A stretch of 64,000 nt of DNA, taken from IMG/VR virus record IMGVR_UViG_3300031867_004305, positions 64,001 to 128,000 of that record. One strand, given 5' to 3'. The position numbers were made by a program, and so were the translations under genes. The notes beneath the pieces were generated by a model. It ran no database searches. It had not been told where the DNA came from and was given only the letters and a program-made list of their open reading frames with translations. Positions 35,101 through 44,943 of this stretch are shown here, in pieces. The stretch is from a virus (lineage: Duplodnaviria > Caudoviricetes). Within the stretch, counting starts at the first letter, position 1. Each line of letters starts with the position of its first letter.

Positions 35101-38100
35101 ACTGGAATAATGAAGATGGTCTAAAGGCAATGCCTACTACTAAATCTGATGGTACATATAATACAACAGAAAAAGGCATCACAGTAGAATACACCAATCC
35201 ACTTAATCCAGCTTATAGCTTTACTAGTATTTGTGAAGATGGTGAAGTAGGTGTCGCAATACAAGGTACTTCTTCACAAGAGTATAAAAGAAAGAATTAT
35301 AAAATCAAATTATCCATTTTCTTACAAGACGGCAAGTACCATGTAAAATCTCCTGCTAAGGCCGCGAATAAGGATAATTATTATGTTGAAGAATACGATG
35401 GAGAAGGCAAACGCATTTATAATACTCTAAAATCTGAATATACAAAAACAGGTTATAAACTAAGCGAGACTTCTTTACCAACCTTTACTTTTTGCATCAA
35501 GGCCGACGTAGCTTCTTCTGAAAGTGCTAACAATGTTCTAATGGTAAGAATATATGATGATTTAGTACGCACTATTGCAGGACTTACTCCTCCCCAGGAA
35601 GAGAATAGCAGTATACGTCAAGGTGTAGAAGGCTATCCAATGATAGTATGGTATTTGAATAAGAAGACTAATGAATATACTTTCTTAGGCAAATATAACT
35701 TCAATAACGATAAAGGAACAAAAGAAGTCTATGGATTCCAAGATGGCGACGAAAGTTGGGAAGTCGGTAATAACGAACGCCCTCTTTGCTTCTTTGAAGA
35801 AGGAGATGGCTCAGAGTGGAATGAATGGCGCAGAGCTTTTGAAACACGTTATCCTGATGATGATAGTAGTATGACAAAAGAGGAAGACCCATACACTGAT
35901 GAACAAATAGCGGATCGTCTTGCTGGTTTGCGTGAAATGGTACATTGGGTTAGTAGTAGCGTAGATTGGACTGATGAAAATAAAGAAGATGTGGTATTTA
36001 CACAGTCTATTATAAATGCAGTTACACCAGAAGATACTGCTTTAGCTAATACTTTAGGAACTACTCCTGAAATTGAAGCTTATAAGAGAGAGTTCCAGAA
36101 TTATTTCCATTTGAACTTTATGGTGTTCTTCTTTGTTTATACTGAACTTTTCCTAATGGTAGATAACCGTGCGAAGAACATGTTTATGACTCGTTATAAG
36201 GTAACACCAGATCGTCCTTATAGCGGTACAGCTGTTACTTTACACTCTTCAGTCAATGAAACCGCCGAATATACTGGTTGGTTTAGTTTACCATATGATA
36301 TGGATACTGGTTTAGGTACAGATAACGTAGGCCGCTATAAGTTTGATTACCATTATGAATCAGGAGATTATCAACCTGATGGTTCAGTAGTGTTCAATGG
36401 CCAAAAGTCTAAATTATGGGTAACATTTAGAAAAGTTTTCCCAAGTAAAATAAGTGAAACTTTTAGGTCATTCTTTAGTAATATATCTGCACAAATTATT
36501 GATAATATGTATGAAAACCATCAAGGCGTATGGTCCGAAACCATTGTCAATGAAGATATGGAAGGAAAGTATATTGATTGGATTACTTACGACGAAAATG
36601 GTACAGCCGTTTCACGTGATACACGTGCTTTACCCATGTTGCTAGGCTTGAAAGTACAACAGCGTAAAGCCTGGTTATTCAATAGATTCCTCTACTTTAT
36701 TAGCAAAGAGGCACCAGATGCTAACGACTCTATTTCATTAGGTGTAAGAAAAGCAGAATTAAGTATTCCTGTTTCTGTTTATGCTGATTCTTATGTTACA
36801 TTCAAAGTCGGTGCACAAGATCCCGCACCAACTAGAATACGTGTAGGCATAGGAGAAACAAAAACTATTGTACGTGATACAAGTAATTCTTCTGGTACCG
36901 CGGGCGACCGCGTTGAGTCTAGTATGATTCCTGCTTCACGTATAAAGTCTATTGGAAATCTAGCTACTTTACAATTGAATAATGCTGATTTCTCTAAAGC
37001 GATTAGATTGCAATCATTACAAATCGGTAGTGCTAATCCTTCATTAGAAAACACTCGTTTAGACACTATTAACTTAACTGGTAATAGATTATTACGTAAC
37101 TTTGATTTACGTAATTGTTCTAATTATTCTGCAGATTTAAGCTTGCAGACTTGCCTGAGTCTAGAAAAAGCTTATTTAAGTGGTACTAAAATCAAGAAAG
37201 TTATGCTACCAAATGGCGGCGTCCTTCGTACAATTCAGTATCCTGAAACTATCACTGAAATCAAGATCGAAAATCAGCCATATCTAACTAACTTAATTAT
37301 TGGCTCTGATTTGCCGGCGGATGAAATCACAGAGGAAGATGCTCCATTTGTAAATGAGTTTGATATAGCTAATAATGATTACTCTAACATTACTTCAATC
37401 GTGCTAGACAATATCGGTGAAAGTATCAATGTGCCCAATATCGTAGTTCAGAGTGAAAACTTAGCCAGTTGTTCTTTAAATGCACTAGTATTTAGAATGA
37501 CTAGTTCTGCGTTCAAGACCTTCTTTGATAAGTTAGTTGATGTTGACGCAACAGTAACTAATTGTACTTTGTATCTAGAAGATGATTTATCAACTGTTGG
37601 TATGACAGTTAATGATATTACTGATAAGTTCGATATTAAAATCTTTGACAAAACTGGTGCAGAATACTTCAACGTGCGTTTCTATGACTTTGAAGGTAAT
37701 TGGTTAGCTACTCGTAGCGTAGCTAGTGGAACTCAAGTTCTAACTAATGATATTGATAATTACTTCACTCCTGAAGTAGAGTACGCTCATAATAATATCA
37801 CAGTTGATGATTTAGCTAATTATGAGACTATTCAAGGGTTTGGTGGATGGAATGTAAATCTACAAAATGTTACAACTGACTTAGAAGCACGTCCAGTAGA
37901 AGTAACTAAATACCGTATGGCTTATCATTATTTACAAGATTATACAACTCGTGCAGTTCAATATTTATATTTCGCAGAAAACGCAAGCATTACACGTATT
38001 GCTCCACCAGTGTTTATCTATGAATATAATCAGTATAATGCTTCTCGTTGGACCGCAGATAGTAACGAACCAGAGAATTATCCAGAAGAAGATGAGCGTA

Positions 38101-39068
38101 CTGCTGTAAGCCAGAATGCTTTGAAGCAGGCTTCTAGTGAAGATTGGTATTTGTGCTATACTACAAGTGCGGCTGTATATCAAATAAGAGTGTATAACAC
38201 TGACACAGAAGGAAATAAGACAGAACTGTTAGGTAGTTTTGAACGCACCGCTATTGGTTCAAATACTACTGTTACTTTTGCTAATTTGGAACAATACATG
38301 CCTGCGGAAGGTATTATCGCAATCAATAGCACAGAATTAAATGTTCCTGTTGAAGAACGTGAATATCAGTTCTTATGCTGGCAGCCAAAGATTACTTCTG
38401 ATTCTGATGGAGCAATGCAAGTTGTAGGTGATACAGATATTCTACTCCGTTATTACAAAACCGATGATGTTTATACCAATTACTTCCTAAATAAAATAAC
38501 TGAATTGGAACTAAGCGAAAATGTTACTCGTTTACCACCTGGTTCTTTCATAAATAACTCTAATTTGACTAAGTTAATAACTTACGCGGAAAATATAGGA
38601 GAAAATAGCTTCTCTGCTTATTTCAATGATGCTCCTGATAACAAAATACGTTACTTTGTATTCAAGGGCGATAATGTAACATTTGATGATAAATGTTTCT
38701 ATAATTTAGGAATAAACTCTTCTACTTCCTCTACTGATTATAAAACAGTAATTATATTTGAAGGTACTGGACAATTTACCGTGGCAGAGTCATGTTTCAA
38801 TGCTATAAAAAATTGTATTATAATTATTCGTAATAGTGATTATCCAATACGAGGAGTTGGCACAATTCAAAGTTTCGTTAGCTTCAATGGTAATAATAAT
38901 AGGATTTATGTTAGTGATGGTGCTAGGGAAGCATACGATACGGATAATGCCGTTCCTGCTGCGATAAAAGGTAATGCAGGTAGTGTTGTATTGAGAGTTT
39001 CTAATAACTGGACCGCCGGTATAAATATCAAGAGTATTTTAGAGGAGGTGGGAATAGATGTTGACTAA
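32124..39068 (+). CDS. Giant (2314 aa) virion-associated protein: coiled/repeat N-terminus, Ig/LamG-like region, CotH-kinase-like core, LRRs
   Basis: QGTSSQEYKRKNY, KADVASSE, GKYNFNNDK, VDNRAKNMF, YDMDTGLG; LxxLxL repeats. Confidence 0.7.
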   Translation: MAFEKKTWKSGDVITYNAMNRLEEQVADNTNKLSSIDDMDSLRDQIAAMVTTAFDPISEQISATEENLDNLVTKTNIYGSSGEIDNGSEASLKDWISAQIANLGDDITALEGTDARIKNALGSVYDITDPEWTLGVNKSIDTRLIELHNAIFGDSEATGESLTDKVEDALGRPLEPTAEEIAGNSNYGSSLLALIEAIQATLGMNGGSASGSLVDTIENALGRPLSPTEQERIQDPNLTKSLYELIQEIRSTLGMEGASSSASTSTLINDVDTALNLLYGYTKTVENNETTIERNTAPVLANLNIINSYPTLYNDFYNGANGAIPTVLSNLQSTVTEVQTNARELNTKVSGYDDVITDLSSAYRAADVKTYNDKSYLILKSDLEEEDATTVDDMTNKTNTYVELPQMGGGGGGTAYELDASFTARTLPTSNAIAIGDNYIVGFTWSVLEGENPVAIDGTLTIRLNGTIVDTIAIMSNTYDTYNLGRYITTSGRNAFTITAVNVATPTRTLYTTVMAYNAVLESNFDASVIQTGSSINYSYTASIGSSSIEKVLHISLDGTEIQTSSSLSESLRTVAFPTPAEGDHLLETWFTANVGSTTAPVTITSNKLAYGIICGLSNSTRIATNFNQTSIEQYQTLTIDYLVVTPNQDTTVVNFYVGGSATPIVEEVNTTYQSISFPVTQNGGTLTIRIVAGNAEKTLQLEVISNETYDFSMVDTGLQALYTGGQMTNANPNRTIWENSAESVGQLDYYKNIQGTLENFLYYNTNNFDGWLRDNNGQTFLRLRNRGKVKMRLPIFNFNVDANGKITDGMTFEIDFKTSDVTNYNTEIISCYEEGHKEDRNIIFTAQNVTLNNSKTLVTQYKEEERLTISFVVENSSKGPLYQLIKIYINGILSGAVQYESTALSYEDISKAIIELGSEECTLDVYSIRFYNRPLTFAEVIKNWIYDTGSYTDKIARYNRNNYKDSQGRIAFNSFRNASPDTPYMIIAGEGDWNNEDGLKAMPTTKSDGTYNTTEKGITVEYTNPLNPAYSFTSICEDGEVGVAIQGTSSQEYKRKNYKIKLSIFLQDGKYHVKSPAKAANKDNYYVEEYDGEGKRIYNTLKSEYTKTGYKLSETSLPTFTFCIKADVASSESANNVLMVRIYDDLVRTIAGLTPPQEENSSIRQGVEGYPMIVWYLNKKTNEYTFLGKYNFNNDKGTKEVYGFQDGDESWEVGNNERPLCFFEEGDGSEWNEWRRAFETRYPDDDSSMTKEEDPYTDEQIADRLAGLREMVHWVSSSVDWTDENKEDVVFTQSIINAVTPEDTALANTLGTTPEIEAYKREFQNYFHLNFMVFFFVYTELFLMVDNRAKNMFMTRYKVTPDRPYSGTAVTLHSSVNETAEYTGWFSLPYDMDTGLGTDNVGRYKFDYHYESGDYQPDGSVVFNGQKSKLWVTFRKVFPSKISETFRSFFSNISAQIIDNMYENHQGVWSETIVNEDMEGKYIDWITYDENGTAVSRDTRALPMLLGLKVQQRKAWLFNRFLYFISKEAPDANDSISLGVRKAELSIPVSVYADSYVTFKVGAQDPAPTRIRVGIGETKTIVRDTSNSSGTAGDRVESSMIPASRIKSIGNLATLQLNNADFSKAIRLQSLQIGSANPSLENTRLDTINLTGNRLLRNFDLRNCSNYSADLSLQTCLSLEKAYLSGTKIKKVMLPNGGVLRTIQYPETITEIKIENQPYLTNLIIGSDLPADEITEEDAPFVNEFDIANNDYSNITSIVLDNIGESINVPNIVVQSENLASCSLNALVFRMTSSAFKTFFDKLVDVDATVTNCTLYLEDDLSTVGMTVNDITDKFDIKIFDKTGAEYFNVRFYDFEGNWLATRSVASGTQVLTNDIDNYFTPEVEYAHNNITVDDLANYETIQGFGGWNVNLQNVTTDLEARPVEVTKYRMAYHYLQDYTTRAVQYLYFAENASITRIAPPVFIYEYNQYNASRWTADSNEPENYPEEDERTAVSQNALKQASSEDWYLCYTTSAAVYQIRVYNTDTEGNKTELLGSFERTAIGSNTTVTFANLEQYMPAEGIIAINSTELNVPVEEREYQFLCWQPKITSDSDGAMQVVGDTDILLRYYKTDDVYTNYFLNKITELELSENVTRLPPGSFINNSNLTKLITYAENIGENSFSAYFNDAPDNKIRYFVFKGDNVTFDDKCFYNLGINSSTSSTDYKTVIIFEGTGQFTVAESCFNAIKNCIIIIRNSDYPIRGVGTIQSFVSFNGNNNRIYVSDGAREAYDTDNAVPAAIKGNAGSVVLRVSNNWTAGINIKSILEEVGIDVD

Positions 39069-40488
39069 TGCTATACAAAGTAAAGCTAAACTTGAAGAGT
39101 TCTTCCAGAACTCTTCAAGTAGCAAAATAATAGATATACCAGAATTGGTTTATATTGATAGTGCTATGGCACAAGCAAATGGATTATATTTATCAGACAA
39201 CAATATTACTGAAGTAATATTAGAAAATATGGAACAACAACCTTATAGATTGGGCGGTTCAAGTATAATTAAAGTCAATTTGAATCATTTGAAAAAAATT
39301 GATGGTGCTGGTCGTAATAGCGGAAATTATCCAGGAGGATACTTGCCTCATTTTCTATACAACACAAAATTAGAAAAATTGGAATTGCCTCATTTTTTAG
39401 GGCCTACTACTTTCTTTCCGGCCACCAATATCCAATCTGGTAATATTCAACCTCAACAATCTCCTAGTTTTGATAGAAATTATTGGTTGAAAGATGTAGG
39501 ATTAGGCCGCGACATAGCATCAATAGAGGATATAAAAGACTTCAATGGTTTATGGTTTAGAGATCATTATTTCTTATACGCCTTACGTTTATATTATCCT
39601 AAAGTAATAGAGCTAAATCGTACTCCTGAGTTCCTTATATATAGTACTCCAATAGGAACTGGTAATGGTTACATTTACGTGCCTGATAATCTCGTACAGG
39701 ATTATAAACAATCCACTTCTTGGACTGAGCTTAGTGCAAAAATTAAAGGGTTATCAGAGTATGAAACCGATAAGCTTGCATTCCAAGATACAATTACCAA
39801 ATCTTGGAGTGAAATAATCGCAGACTGTAATACACGTACAATGGATAATTCCTATCGTGTTGGTGCACGTAAAACACTTTATATAGATGGCATACCATAT
39901 CAAATGACGATACTAGGTCTAAATAGTGATATTCGTGCGGATGATGGCAGTTATGCAATGATTAGTTGGGGTTTAACCACAGCATACGACTTTACTCCAC
40001 TAGAAGCCATCAGTATGGATACTGCTATTGCGAGAAATTACAGCCAAGAAGGTTCTATTCATACCTATCTAAACAATTTACTACTAAACTTCCCCGCTGA
40101 ACTACAAGCAGAGAATGGAATAAAGGAAGTAGTGAAAAATAGTTATGGCTTCAACGAACAAGGAACCCCTAATTATTATCAATCTAGAGAAAAGTTATGG
40201 GCTTATTCTGATATAGAACTCGGAGTTTCTACCCGTGCTTCTGTATCAAATTTGAAGCCTTACGCCTATTTTGATACTACTCAAATATCTGGTTCTGCTC
40301 CAAACTTTACAAAGGGTGCAACATACAACGATAGCATCCGAAGCTCTATGTATATTCCACTTCGTGATTTTAGTAGTAATAGTAACAACTATCCAGATAG
40401 CCTCCAGTACAAGTCTGCTTCTAGGTCAATGGAAGTTGTATCCGGTGGCAGTACAGCACCTTATGTAGTCTTTGGTTTTTGTACCTAA
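39058..40488 (+). CDS. Putative tail/adhesin protein (LRR-like + DUF6273-like C-terminus)
   Basis: IYVPDNLVQDYK; SWSEII..C; ends VVFGFCT. Confidence 0.6.
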   Translation: MLTNAIQSKAKLEEFFQNSSSSKIIDIPELVYIDSAMAQANGLYLSDNNITEVILENMEQQPYRLGGSSIIKVNLNHLKKIDGAGRNSGNYPGGYLPHFLYNTKLEKLELPHFLGPTTFFPATNIQSGNIQPQQSPSFDRNYWLKDVGLGRDIASIEDIKDFNGLWFRDHYFLYALRLYYPKVIELNRTPEFLIYSTPIGTGNGYIYVPDNLVQDYKQSTSWTELSAKIKGLSEYETDKLAFQDTITKSWSEIIADCNTRTMDNSYRVGARKTLYIDGIPYQMTILGLNSDIRADDGSYAMISWGLTTAYDFTPLEAISMDTAIARNYSQEGSIHTYLNNLLLNFPAELQAENGIKEVVKNSYGFNEQGTPNYYQSREKLWAYSDIELGVSTRASVSNLKPYAYFDTTQISGSAPNFTKGATYNDSIRSSMYIPLRDFSSNSNNYPDSLQYKSASRSMEVVSGGSTAPYVVFGFCT

Positions 40489-40499
40489 GGAGGGATTTT

Positions 40500-41111
40500 A
40501 TGTTAGTTTATGAAACTTACAAGACACCAGCTATGTTAGAACAAGGAACTCGTATTAGTTCTGATAATGGCTTTTATATTTCATATAATAATAATTTATA
40601 CACTGAAATTGTACTAACTCGTCAAGAAGAAATAGAAAAAGTAACTGAAACAGAAATCGCTTATGCTTCTCCCGCTATTACAGCAGAAACTTTTAAATCT
40701 ATCATTATGCCTGACTATGAAATTATTACTCGTGCCGAAGCTATCGCCGCACGCCAAGTAATAGAAAAAATGTTAGATGAATTAGATGAAAGTGAAGTAT
40801 ATGATGTCTTTTGCTTATTTAGTGCTTGGGAACCAGGCGTAAGATATGCCGCTGGACATCGCGTTGTTTTTGGTAATGATATTTACAATGTCGAAAACAC
40901 TCATGTTTCTAATCTTTCTCCTATCGAAGACAAGGCAAGTTATACTCTCATACTTAAGCCTACTAATCTTATTCCTAATTGGTCTGAACAAGACACTCCA
41001 TATGAATTAGGAGCAAAGATAAAAGTTGGCGAGCATGTTTATGAGAGTTTAGTAGAAAATAATCTATGGCAACCTGTAGATTTTCCTGCGGGCTGGCGTT
41101 TAATAAAGTAA
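40500..41111 (+). CDS. Carbohydrate-binding (CBM5/12-like) tail accessory protein
   Basis: W.PGV.Y..G.RV; Y.LG.K....YESLV.NN.W.P...W. Confidence 0.65.
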   Translation: MLVYETYKTPAMLEQGTRISSDNGFYISYNNNLYTEIVLTRQEEIEKVTETEIAYASPAITAETFKSIIMPDYEIITRAEAIAARQVIEKMLDELDESEVYDVFCLFSAWEPGVRYAAGHRVVFGNDIYNVENTHVSNLSPIEDKASYTLILKPTNLIPNWSEQDTPYELGAKIKVGEHVYESLVENNLWQPVDFPAGWRLIK

Positions 41112-41116
41112 AAATG

Positions 41117-41162
41117 GGGAAGTCAAGTAATACTTGACTTCCCTTTTATTTTTTGCTATAAT
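41117..41162 (+). promoter_or_regulatory. Hairpin/terminator fused with a sigma-A promoter
   Basis: 13-bp inverted repeat 41117-41143 containing TTGACT(41134); TATAAT at 41157. Confidence 0.7.
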
Positions 41163-41190
41163 AATTATAGAAAAAGAAAAGGAGAAAAGT

Positions 41191-41325
41191 ATGTTTATTT
41201 TAAAAATTCTATTATGTATGGGTGGTACAATTATTCTGGCAGCGGTGGTAACTAGTATTGAGACATGGCTTGAAAAACATCCAGTAAAAGAAGAAAAAAG
41301 TGTTCCACTTTATTTGGAGAGATAA
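41191..41325 (+). CDS. Small membrane protein
   Basis: AAGGAG RBS; TM helix. Confidence 0.6.
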   Translation: MFILKILLCMGGTIILAAVVTSIETWLEKHPVKEEKSVPLYLER

Positions 41326-41328
41326 TAA

Positions 41329-41547
41329 ATGAATAACCTTATTTGTCCTTATTGCGGGAAAAGCTATTATATGGAGCAATATTCTACTATGACCGCTATG
41401 TATTTCCCGCCCATCTATAAAGATGGAGTAAACATAAATCCTGATAGAAATATCACTACAAGTGTTTGCCGCTGCTTAAATTGTAATGGTATTTTCTCTT
41501 ACCGTACTTGTGGAGGCGAACTTATTGATGATTACGGGATTAGTTAA
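41329..41547 (+). CDS. Zn-ribbon protein
   Basis: CPYCG...CLNC. Confidence 0.7.
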   Translation: MNNLICPYCGKSYYMEQYSTMTAMYFPPIYKDGVNINPDRNITTSVCRCLNCNGIFSYRTCGGELIDDYGIS

Positions 41548-41653
41548 TTTTTTTATAGCATTAATTATATTTTTATTTTGTATTTTATTATTGCCACTAT
41601 CATTGATTTATGCTATAATAAATATTATACTCGATTTATTTAGGAGAGATTAA

Positions 41654-41821
41654 ATGGAAAAAACTGAATCTAAATGGCCCACTTGGAATAAATGGCTTCA
41701 TGAAATTTTTAAAAATTATGAGACTGGCAATAATCATAATTTTCTTGAGTGGCTTAACACTCCGATACCAGAAAATGAAGCTAAACGTTTTAATATTCCA
41801 TTAAAGAAGGAGTTACAATGA
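41654..41821 (+). CDS. 55-aa hypothetical protein (not in ORF track)
   Basis: AGGAG RBS; MEKTESKWPTWNKW... Confidence 0.55.
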   Translation: MEKTESKWPTWNKWLHEIFKNYETGNNHNFLEWLNTPIPENEAKRFNIPLKKELQ

Positions 41822-42159
41822 ATAGATTTATTGTAGACTATAATTATTATAATAATCAAAGATTTTCAAAAGAAGTAGAAGAAAAAATTAAAACTAAAGA
41901 AGTTCCAATGAACGGCCATTTAGGCAAGTACGCGGCAAAAATTCATAACGAGGAAGAACTGGAACTAATCAAAAATTATTGGGAAACTGCACTTGCTTCT
42001 TGTCAGGGAACTGTTATTATTGAAAATGGTGATTTCCGCGGGCCAGATTGGTATTTTATTTACATTATCAATGAATTCGGATATGAAACTGTTTGTACTT
42101 TAGAAACTCTTACAGAGCGTAAACAAGAATGGGAAAATTATATTAACCAATTTGATTGA
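41818..42159 (+). CDS. Hypothetical protein
   Basis: AAGGAG RBS. Confidence 0.65.
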   Translation: MNRFIVDYNYYNNQRFSKEVEEKIKTKEVPMNGHLGKYAAKIHNEEELELIKNYWETALASCQGTVIIENGDFRGPDWYFIYIINEFGYETVCTLETLTERKQEWENYINQFD

Positions 42160-42220
42160 CTTTTATAAGAAATTATAGTATAATATAAGTAAAGAAAAAG
42201 AAAAGGAGAAAAATAAAACT

Positions 42221-42667
42221 ATGAAGATTAACATTACTAAGGATGACGCACGATTTATTGTAGACGAGAAGAAGGGTAAGGTAGTTTGTATTATTGATAA
42301 TACTCGTAACCTTTTTGTACTTTATGCAGAAGATAATCTCAGAATTAGGCCTGATTGTGATGGTGACGATTGGCTTTTAGAGTCTAAGCTATATCCTAAG
42401 CTACTTATGCCCAATCGTTATGTTGGTGTAGCGACTTGTAATCCAGAAGATACTTTCTCTGTTGAAACTGGCAAGCTAATTGCTTTTTCTAACGCAAAGG
42501 ATAAGATCCACAAGAGTTTCTTTAAGCGTGCGAATACCTATGTGAACACCATTGATAGTTGGCTAACTCAGGCCGTTGATAGCATCAATCGTTATGGTGA
42601 AAAGGTTGAATTCAATACCCAGCGTCGTCATGACAAGATTACTGAACTAGTAGGAGAGCCAAACTAA
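42221..42667 (+). CDS. Hypothetical phage protein
   Basis: Promoter 42156; G.A.C.PED.F..E.GK.IA motif common in phages. Confidence 0.75.
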   Translation: MKINITKDDARFIVDEKKGKVVCIIDNTRNLFVLYAEDNLRIRPDCDGDDWLLESKLYPKLLMPNRYVGVATCNPEDTFSVETGKLIAFSNAKDKIHKSFFKRANTYVNTIDSWLTQAVDSINRYGEKVEFNTQRRHDKITELVGEPN

Positions 42668-43230
42668 TGGGGAGTAGAATTATACTCCCCTATGGCGAAA
42701 CAGGAGAATATATTCAAAAAGCAATTCCAAAGGATGAATTATTACAAAACTTTAAATTTCCTTCTTTAGATGCTTACATGAACGACAAAAGCACTTTAGA
42801 AGAACCAATTTTCATTGATGAAGAACAAGAATTTATTTTACCTGTTTGGTCAGCTATAGAGCAACAATATAATGAGTGGTACAATTGGTATTCTGCACCA
42901 GAAGAAATTCGTAATTTTCTTGCTCCAATCGTAGGTTCATCATATAATGAATATCATTTACCTGTTCTCTATTTTCCGCGTTTTATGCCTATTATGGATG
43001 AAGTAATGGTAGATAGTTTAATAGAAAACGATGCTCTTATTGTCGCGGGAATGAGAATGGAACGATTTAATATAAAAGAAATTGATGTTATTCATTTCTT
43101 TCAAGATTTACGTAAAGTTTGTGATTATTTAGAATTAAATGAGGAAGATATTTATAATAATCCATCTAATATTGGATATAATCCTACTTTTGGTTTGCGA
43201 ATTATAGATTATGGACTATCTAATACTTGA
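42667..43230 (+). CDS. Degenerate kinase-like protein
   Basis: D....SNIG...IIDYG C-terminal motif. Confidence 0.5.
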   Translation: MGSRIILPYGETGEYIQKAIPKDELLQNFKFPSLDAYMNDKSTLEEPIFIDEEQEFILPVWSAIEQQYNEWYNWYSAPEEIRNFLAPIVGSSYNEYHLPVLYFPRFMPIMDEVMVDSLIENDALIVAGMRMERFNIKEIDVIHFFQDLRKVCDYLELNEEDIYNNPSNIGYNPTFGLRIIDYGLSNT

Positions 43231-43286
43231 CTTTTTCTTGAATTTCTGCTATAATAATTATAGAACGAAAGGGAAAGGAAAAGAAA

Positions 43287-43532
43287 ATGATGAAGACTTT
43301 TACGCATTATGATGAAGTGGCTGATTGGACTATTATTGACCGCAAGACCATTTATGCTTATGATACGAATGAAACTCCCATTGAAATCGTAGAAGTTCAG
43401 ATTGGCAATCTGGAAGTAATTGAAATTGAAATCAATAATAAGTATAATGCTCACACGTTGCCTATTACTCGCTGGATTACTGCCCATGAGTTGGAACGTC
43501 TGACGGAGGATGCTGGTTATATCGTATGGTAA
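43287..43532 (+). CDS. Hypothetical protein
   Basis: Promoter 43227, GAAAGGA RBS. Confidence 0.7.
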   Translation: MMKTFTHYDEVADWTIIDRKTIYAYDTNETPIEIVEVQIGNLEVIEIEINNKYNAHTLPITRWITAHELERLTEDAGYIVW

Positions 43533-43624
43533 GTTGGATTTGGATACCTATTTCTTTAGAAATAGGAGTAGTTTTAGGTATTATTATTATAGGTTTATTT
43601 TCGGCAAATAGATAAAGGAGAAAA

Positions 43625-43828
43625 ATGAAGTATTACAACGAGGAATCTTATAGGGCTTCACAAGAAACACAACCACAAGAAGTAGTAACTGAAGAAATTG
43701 GATGCGGTTTTTGTTGGGACAAAAAGCGAAAGAGAGATAAGGAACTATTTTTTCTAGACAACGCAAATAACATGCGAGTTTGTAATTTTTGTCCTTATTG
43801 CGGCCGCAAGTATAGTGAAGTAGAGTAA
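43625..43828 (+). CDS. Zn-ribbon protein
   Basis: CGFC...CPYCG; hairpin across stop. Confidence 0.7.
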   Translation: MKYYNEESYRASQETQPQEVVTEEIGCGFCWDKKRKRDKELFFLDNANNMRVCNFCPYCGRKYSEVE

Positions 43829-43963
43829 GGTTTATCCTTACTCTTTTTTACTTTATACAGAAGAAAACAAGGTAGCCCGTCAGTAATCATCATACACTTT
43901 TTATGAAAGATATTTATATCGCGGAGGCTACCTGAATGAATGGATTTATGAATATTAGAACAG

Positions 43964-44275
43964 ATGAATGAACGTGAAGCAGCACGTAAATTAGATCATC
44001 TAATTGAACATGTAGAAAAAGAAATAGAAGCTGCCGAAAATAAAATGATGAATCTTGAAAGCATAGGATATGATATGTCTTATATCCTACAGCAACAAGA
44101 TGAAATGAAGCGTCATTATGCGGACAAAATTCGCACTATGAATGACAAAAATGCTCAATTCCGTCGTCGTAGAGAAGGCAATTATGCTAATTATAATCTA
44201 GATGACGACGATGAATGTGATGAAGAAGAATTTGGGTATTATAACAGACATAATGATTATAGATATTATAGATAA
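43964..44275 (+). CDS. Coiled-coil hypothetical protein
   Basis: Helical, charged sequence. Confidence 0.6.
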   Translation: MNEREAARKLDHLIEHVEKEIEAAENKMMNLESIGYDMSYILQQQDEMKRHYADKIRTMNDKNAQFRRRREGNYANYNLDDDDECDEEEFGYYNRHNDYRYYR

Positions 44276-44292
44276 TAAGTAGGTGATGATAA

Positions 44293-44943
44293 ATGATTAG
44301 GCTGATTCAGCGTCATTTAATCATTCCTCGCGGCGATACCGGTTCATTTACTATTCCCGCATTGGTGACTCCTGATGTGAATGATATTGTTGTATTTTCA
44401 ATTTTTGATCCTCTAACACATAGAAAAATTTTTCAGAAACGTGTTACTGCGATAGGACAAGTTATTACTATTGTATTCGCACATAATGAAACAACTAATT
44501 TACAACCAGGTAAATATGTGTGGGATGTAAAATATTATAAAAATCCTACAATTGAAGATGATGAAATAGTAGATGCAGATGAGGTCAATTCTTATTATGC
44601 AGGATTTACACTTCCTATATGCGAAATTAGAGAAACTGCGGAGGATTGGCCTATATATGAATGGTTAGCTAAGTACGATTTAGGCGATATTGTAAAAAAT
44701 ATCGCCTCTATCGTATTAGAGGATGATTATTCTTTAATGATTTATTTTACTGATGGAACAACATATAAAACAAGTAGTATACGCGGCGAAAAAGGTGATG
44801 CCGGTACTTCTTTTATTCCTTATATAGATAATAATGGTATACTTTCTTGGTCTAATAATGGTGGGAAAGAAAATCCTCCTGATATAAATATAGTAGAAGC
44901 AGTTATCGCGGCCTTACCTTCTGCCATTGGGGTGGGTTTCTAA
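44293..44943 (+). CDS. Baseplate upper (BppU-like) / tail protein
   Basis: I.RGDT..F...T..L.PG.Y.WDV; RGEKGD. Confidence 0.6.
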   Translation: MIRLIQRHLIIPRGDTGSFTIPALVTPDVNDIVVFSIFDPLTHRKIFQKRVTAIGQVITIVFAHNETTNLQPGKYVWDVKYYKNPTIEDDEIVDADEVNSYYAGFTLPICEIRETAEDWPIYEWLAKYDLGDIVKNIASIVLEDDYSLMIYFTDGTTYKTSSIRGEKGDAGTSFIPYIDNNGILSWSNNGGKENPPDINIVEAVIAALPSAIGVGF

